Positions 61,933 through 64,000 of a stretch of DNA of 64,000 bases are shown piece by piece. Every line of letters begins with the position of its first letter. The first letter of the stretch is position 1. Position numbers and translations under genes: made by a program. A model generated the notes under the pieces. That model saw only the letters and a list, made by a program, of their open reading frames with translations. It was not told where the DNA came from and searched no databases. Origin of the DNA: an uncultured Gemmatimonadaceae bacterium (GTDB lineage: Bacteria > Gemmatimonadota > Gemmatimonadetes > Gemmatimonadales > Gemmatimonadaceae). The stretch lies in assembly GCA_963751275.1 (NCBI GenBank), contig CAVVTZ010000014.1:69940-133939 (forward strand), read 5' to 3'.

Positions 61933-62448
61933 TCAACGAACACGGCGCGGATTCACTCCCCGAGCCGGGAAACGCGGCAAGATAGTCGGGCCGTCCGGCA
62001 ACGGCACTGGGTCCAGGAGGAAATCAATCGCGTGCGCCGCGCCGAGGAGTACTGGCACAAGCACCGCGACGATGGCATAAAGCGGCCTGTGGGTCACCGC
62101 AAGCGCGAGGACTCCATTCCCGATGCCGCTCAAGCCGAGGCCCACAAGGAAGGTGGCCCGCGGCGCCGGCGACTTGCGGCTGATAACTAGCAGCGCGCCA
62201 ATCCCCAGGACGAATGGGATCAGCCAGCGCTCGGAGAACCAGCCGGATCGTGGAACGAGCGACAGGCCGGCCGCGAACCCGATCGTGACGAGCGCGCCGC
62301 CGAAGATCGCGCGCGACCAGGAGAGCACACGCATGGCACGCCGGTACTCCTGCGCGAGCAAGCGCATGCGCTCGCGCAATGGCGGCCGGATCGTGCCGGG
62401 CGGAAAGAGGCGCGCGGTTCGCTTCATCGGAAGCCGAGAGCGGCTCAT
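61933..62448 (-). CDS. Cassette ORF, membrane protein
   Basis: Four hydrophobic segments; bounded by attC sites. Confidence 0.7.
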   Translation of the reverse strand: MSRSRLPMKRTARLFPPGTIRPPLRERMRLLAQEYRRAMRVLSWSRAIFGGALVTIGFAAGLSLVPRSGWFSERWLIPFVLGIGALLVISRKSPAPRATFLVGLGLSGIGNGVLALAVTHRPLYAIVAVLVPVLLGAAHAIDFLLDPVPLPDGPTILPRFPARGVNPRRVR

Positions 62449-62453
62449 TGGTA

Positions 62454-62547
62454 TCCTGGCGAAGTGCGTTCAGCTTTGGGTGATACCATAGTGCGAGCGA
62501 AGAGAGCATTCCAGAGTTCACCACCCGGCTGCAACGGCACGTTAGGC
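62454..62547 (-). other. attC site
   Basis: GCCTAAC-GTGCC-GTTGCAGC...GCTGAAC-GCACTTC-GCCAGGA; upstream ORF TAA lies in R''. Confidence 0.88.
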
Positions 62548-62763
62548 CGCGCGGTCAAATACAGACTGGATGGCTCGGAAGAGCGGCCCCGTCCACCTGG
62601 AGACGCGCCCAGTCAAGTTCTCCATGAGCGACTTGGATCCGAAGGGTGCGCTGATCGCTGCCGCGAGAAGAATGAGGAAGAGCACATTTAGGAACAACAG
62701 GATCGGCACATAGATGACCCAAAGAACCACCCATAGAATGAGCTTTACGAGCAAGGCCATCAT
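62542..62763 (-). CDS. Cassette ORF, small hydrophobic protein
   Basis: GGAGG RBS; stop inside GCCTAAC. Confidence 0.75.
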   Translation of the reverse strand: MMALLVKLILWVVLWVIYVPILLFLNVLFLILLAAAISAPFGSKSLMENLTGRVSRWTGPLFRAIQSVFDRAA

Positions 62764-62789
62764 GCCTCCTCGAGCGATCTACGGAATCG

Positions 62790-62883
62790 GCCTAACACCC
62801 GAGTTAACCTGCGAGCGAACAAAACAAGAGCGAGCGAAGCGTGCACACCGCAAATCGCTCGTCAGGTTCAACGATCGTCAGAT
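62790..62883 (-). other. attC site (divergent sequence type)
   Basis: ATCTGAC-GATC-GTTGAACC...GGTTAAC-TCGGGT-GTTAGGC. Confidence 0.88.
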
Positions 62884-62903
62884 AGCACCGAGATATTCCT
62901 GAA

Positions 62904-63260
62904 TCAGCGCGCCAAGTGGCTCAGGACATTGATCACAACGCCGTTGGGATCGGTCACAAAGAACCGGCGGACACCCCAAGGCTCGTCTGTCAGCGGACGG
63001 ACGATCTTCAGTCCGCGCTCGACGGCTCTGGCGTGGACTTCCTCCACATTGTCGACCTCGATCGACATTTGCGGCTGAACACCACCCGATTCATCAGCAC
63101 GGAGCAACGTGATCTGAGCCGTCGGATTGGCAGGGGATACGAACGTGATCACCCAGCCCATATCCATGCCGACCTGGAAGCCAAGGAAGCCGGCATAGAA
63201 ATCTCGACTTTCGTCGATGCGATCAGACGGAATGTCTGGAACGACTCTCTTGATGTTCAT
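62904..63260 (-). CDS. Cassette ORF, VOC/glyoxalase
   Basis: SRDFYAGFLGF...EPWGVRRFFVTDPNG. Confidence 0.92.
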   Translation of the reverse strand: MNIKRVVPDIPSDRIDESRDFYAGFLGFQVGMDMGWVITFVSPANPTAQITLLRADESGGVQPQMSIEVDNVEEVHARAVERGLKIVRPLTDEPWGVRRFFVTDPNGVVINVLSHLAR

Positions 63261-63342
63261 GGTCCCTTGTTTCGAGAGTGGCCGTGGCCAAGTGGATCTC
63301 CGTCCACAATCCACGACAAAGTGTTCGGAGGTGTACGCGGCT

Positions 63343-63435
63343 GTCTAACGAAGTGCGTTCAGCTGCGGGTGAACAAATTGAGCGAGCGAAGCGAGCATTC
63401 CATGGCTCACCCGTCGGCTGCAACGGCAGTGAGGC
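63343..63435 (-). other. attC site
   Basis: GCCTCAC-TGCC-GTTGCAGC...GCTGAAC-GCACTTC-GTTAGAC. Confidence 0.9.
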
Positions 63436-63448
63436 CGAGGATGCTTCC

Positions 63449-63706
63449 TCACTCTGAAGCATCCACCTTTTTCGCGCGAGTTCCAAACACGGGTCGCTCC
63501 CAGTAGGCCGTCGTGTGGCCACGAACCACAATTTGTCCGAGGACCGCCAGCACACCCCAGGCCGGTATGAGCCACAACAGCTGGTCAACCCATCGGGACT
63601 GCGAATGGACCAGCAACCAATATGTCTCGAAAGCCAGACCGGGACCCCAGATCCCGAAGACCACGATTCCAAGAAGCACTCGCTCTCGAGTAGCGTACGT
63701 GCGCAT
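63449..63706 (-). CDS. Cassette ORF, two-TM protein
   Basis: GGAG RBS just after GTTAGGC; two hydrophobic segments. Confidence 0.65.
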   Translation of the reverse strand: MRTYATRERVLLGIVVFGIWGPGLAFETYWLLVHSQSRWVDQLLWLIPAWGVLAVLGQIVVRGHTTAYWERPVFGTRAKKVDASE

Positions 63707-63720
63707 TTCGGTCGTCTCCG

Positions 63721-63807
63721 GCCTAACGAGGATTATGCAGCGCTCGACCTCTGCTCATGCCCAGGAATCGTGCAGCGTACGGTCCGATTCGTCAAATAGT
63801 GATCAGG
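63721..63807 (-). other. att-like junction with canonical R' GTTAGGC but unclear left half
   Basis: GTTAGGC at 63727-63721; about 87-bp gap after upstream ORF stop. Confidence 0.45.
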
Positions 63808-64000
63808 GTAACGCCTGAACTCTTCCGGACGCGCGCTCTATCGGGAGTGCGTCGCGCGCTCGCACCCCCGCCTGGAATGGCCCCAGCAGGTGCGCGATCC
63901 CGTTCGCGTAGTAGCTGATCAACTCCCGGCTCCCGGGCAGAACGGAGAAGCCACCGCCCGTCTCCGCGAGAATGCGACGCATCTCGAGCATCCGCCGGGC
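63803..64000 (-). CDS. Partial ORF, probable cassette gene
   Basis: Open frame entering from the window edge. Confidence 0.45.
   Translation of the reverse strand, partial: ARRMLEMRRILAETGGGFSVLPGSRELISYYANGIAHLLGPFQAGVRARDALPIERASGRVQALP

Larger units (their letters stand above)
61344..64000 (-). mobile_element. Integron gene-cassette array, no integrase in window
   Basis: Single ORFs alternating with 93-94 bp attC sites, all co-oriented. Confidence 0.85.

Noticed and set aside
61834..63435. CRISPR array interpretation of the recurring repeat
   Set aside because: Repeats are about 93 bp, divergent and separated by whole genes; no cas genes

Overview
High-GC bacterial window. The gene content (A2M-PbpC, ECF-Ser/Thr kinase pair, DUF2911, M14 peptidase, Tat-DsrE-like) suggests Gemmatimonadota, but this is an inference. 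About 70 genes are present, mostly on the minus strand. Many otherwise intact genes carry single-base frameshifts, most likely long-read indel errors. Main loci: (1) an alpha-2-macroglobulin/pbpC/MFS operon; (2) a ParB-like gene; (3) an ArsR-SRPBCC-DUF2277-nitrilase-DenV-DUF1801 run; (4) an ECF sigma plus TPR Ser/Thr kinase downstream of a secreted protein whose C-terminus carries a GlyGly-TM-polyArg signal fused to an internal lipoprotein signal; (5) a DUF4242-class III cyclase fusion; (6) a divergent C39-like peptidase / ATP-grasp pair; (7) a sigma54 two-component system with a visible -24/-12 promoter and twin UAS palindromes upstream of a TPR lipoprotein; (8) a long run of small minus-strand accessory genes ending in an integron-type cassette array. 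The array has four recognisable 93-94 bp attC sites at 61.8-63.4 kb and eroded attC relics as far back as 53.4 and 48.2 kb; no integrase lies in the window. Intergenic space holds several long hairpins built from 9-bp or 7-bp periodic arms. No rRNA, tRNA or CRISPR array was seen.
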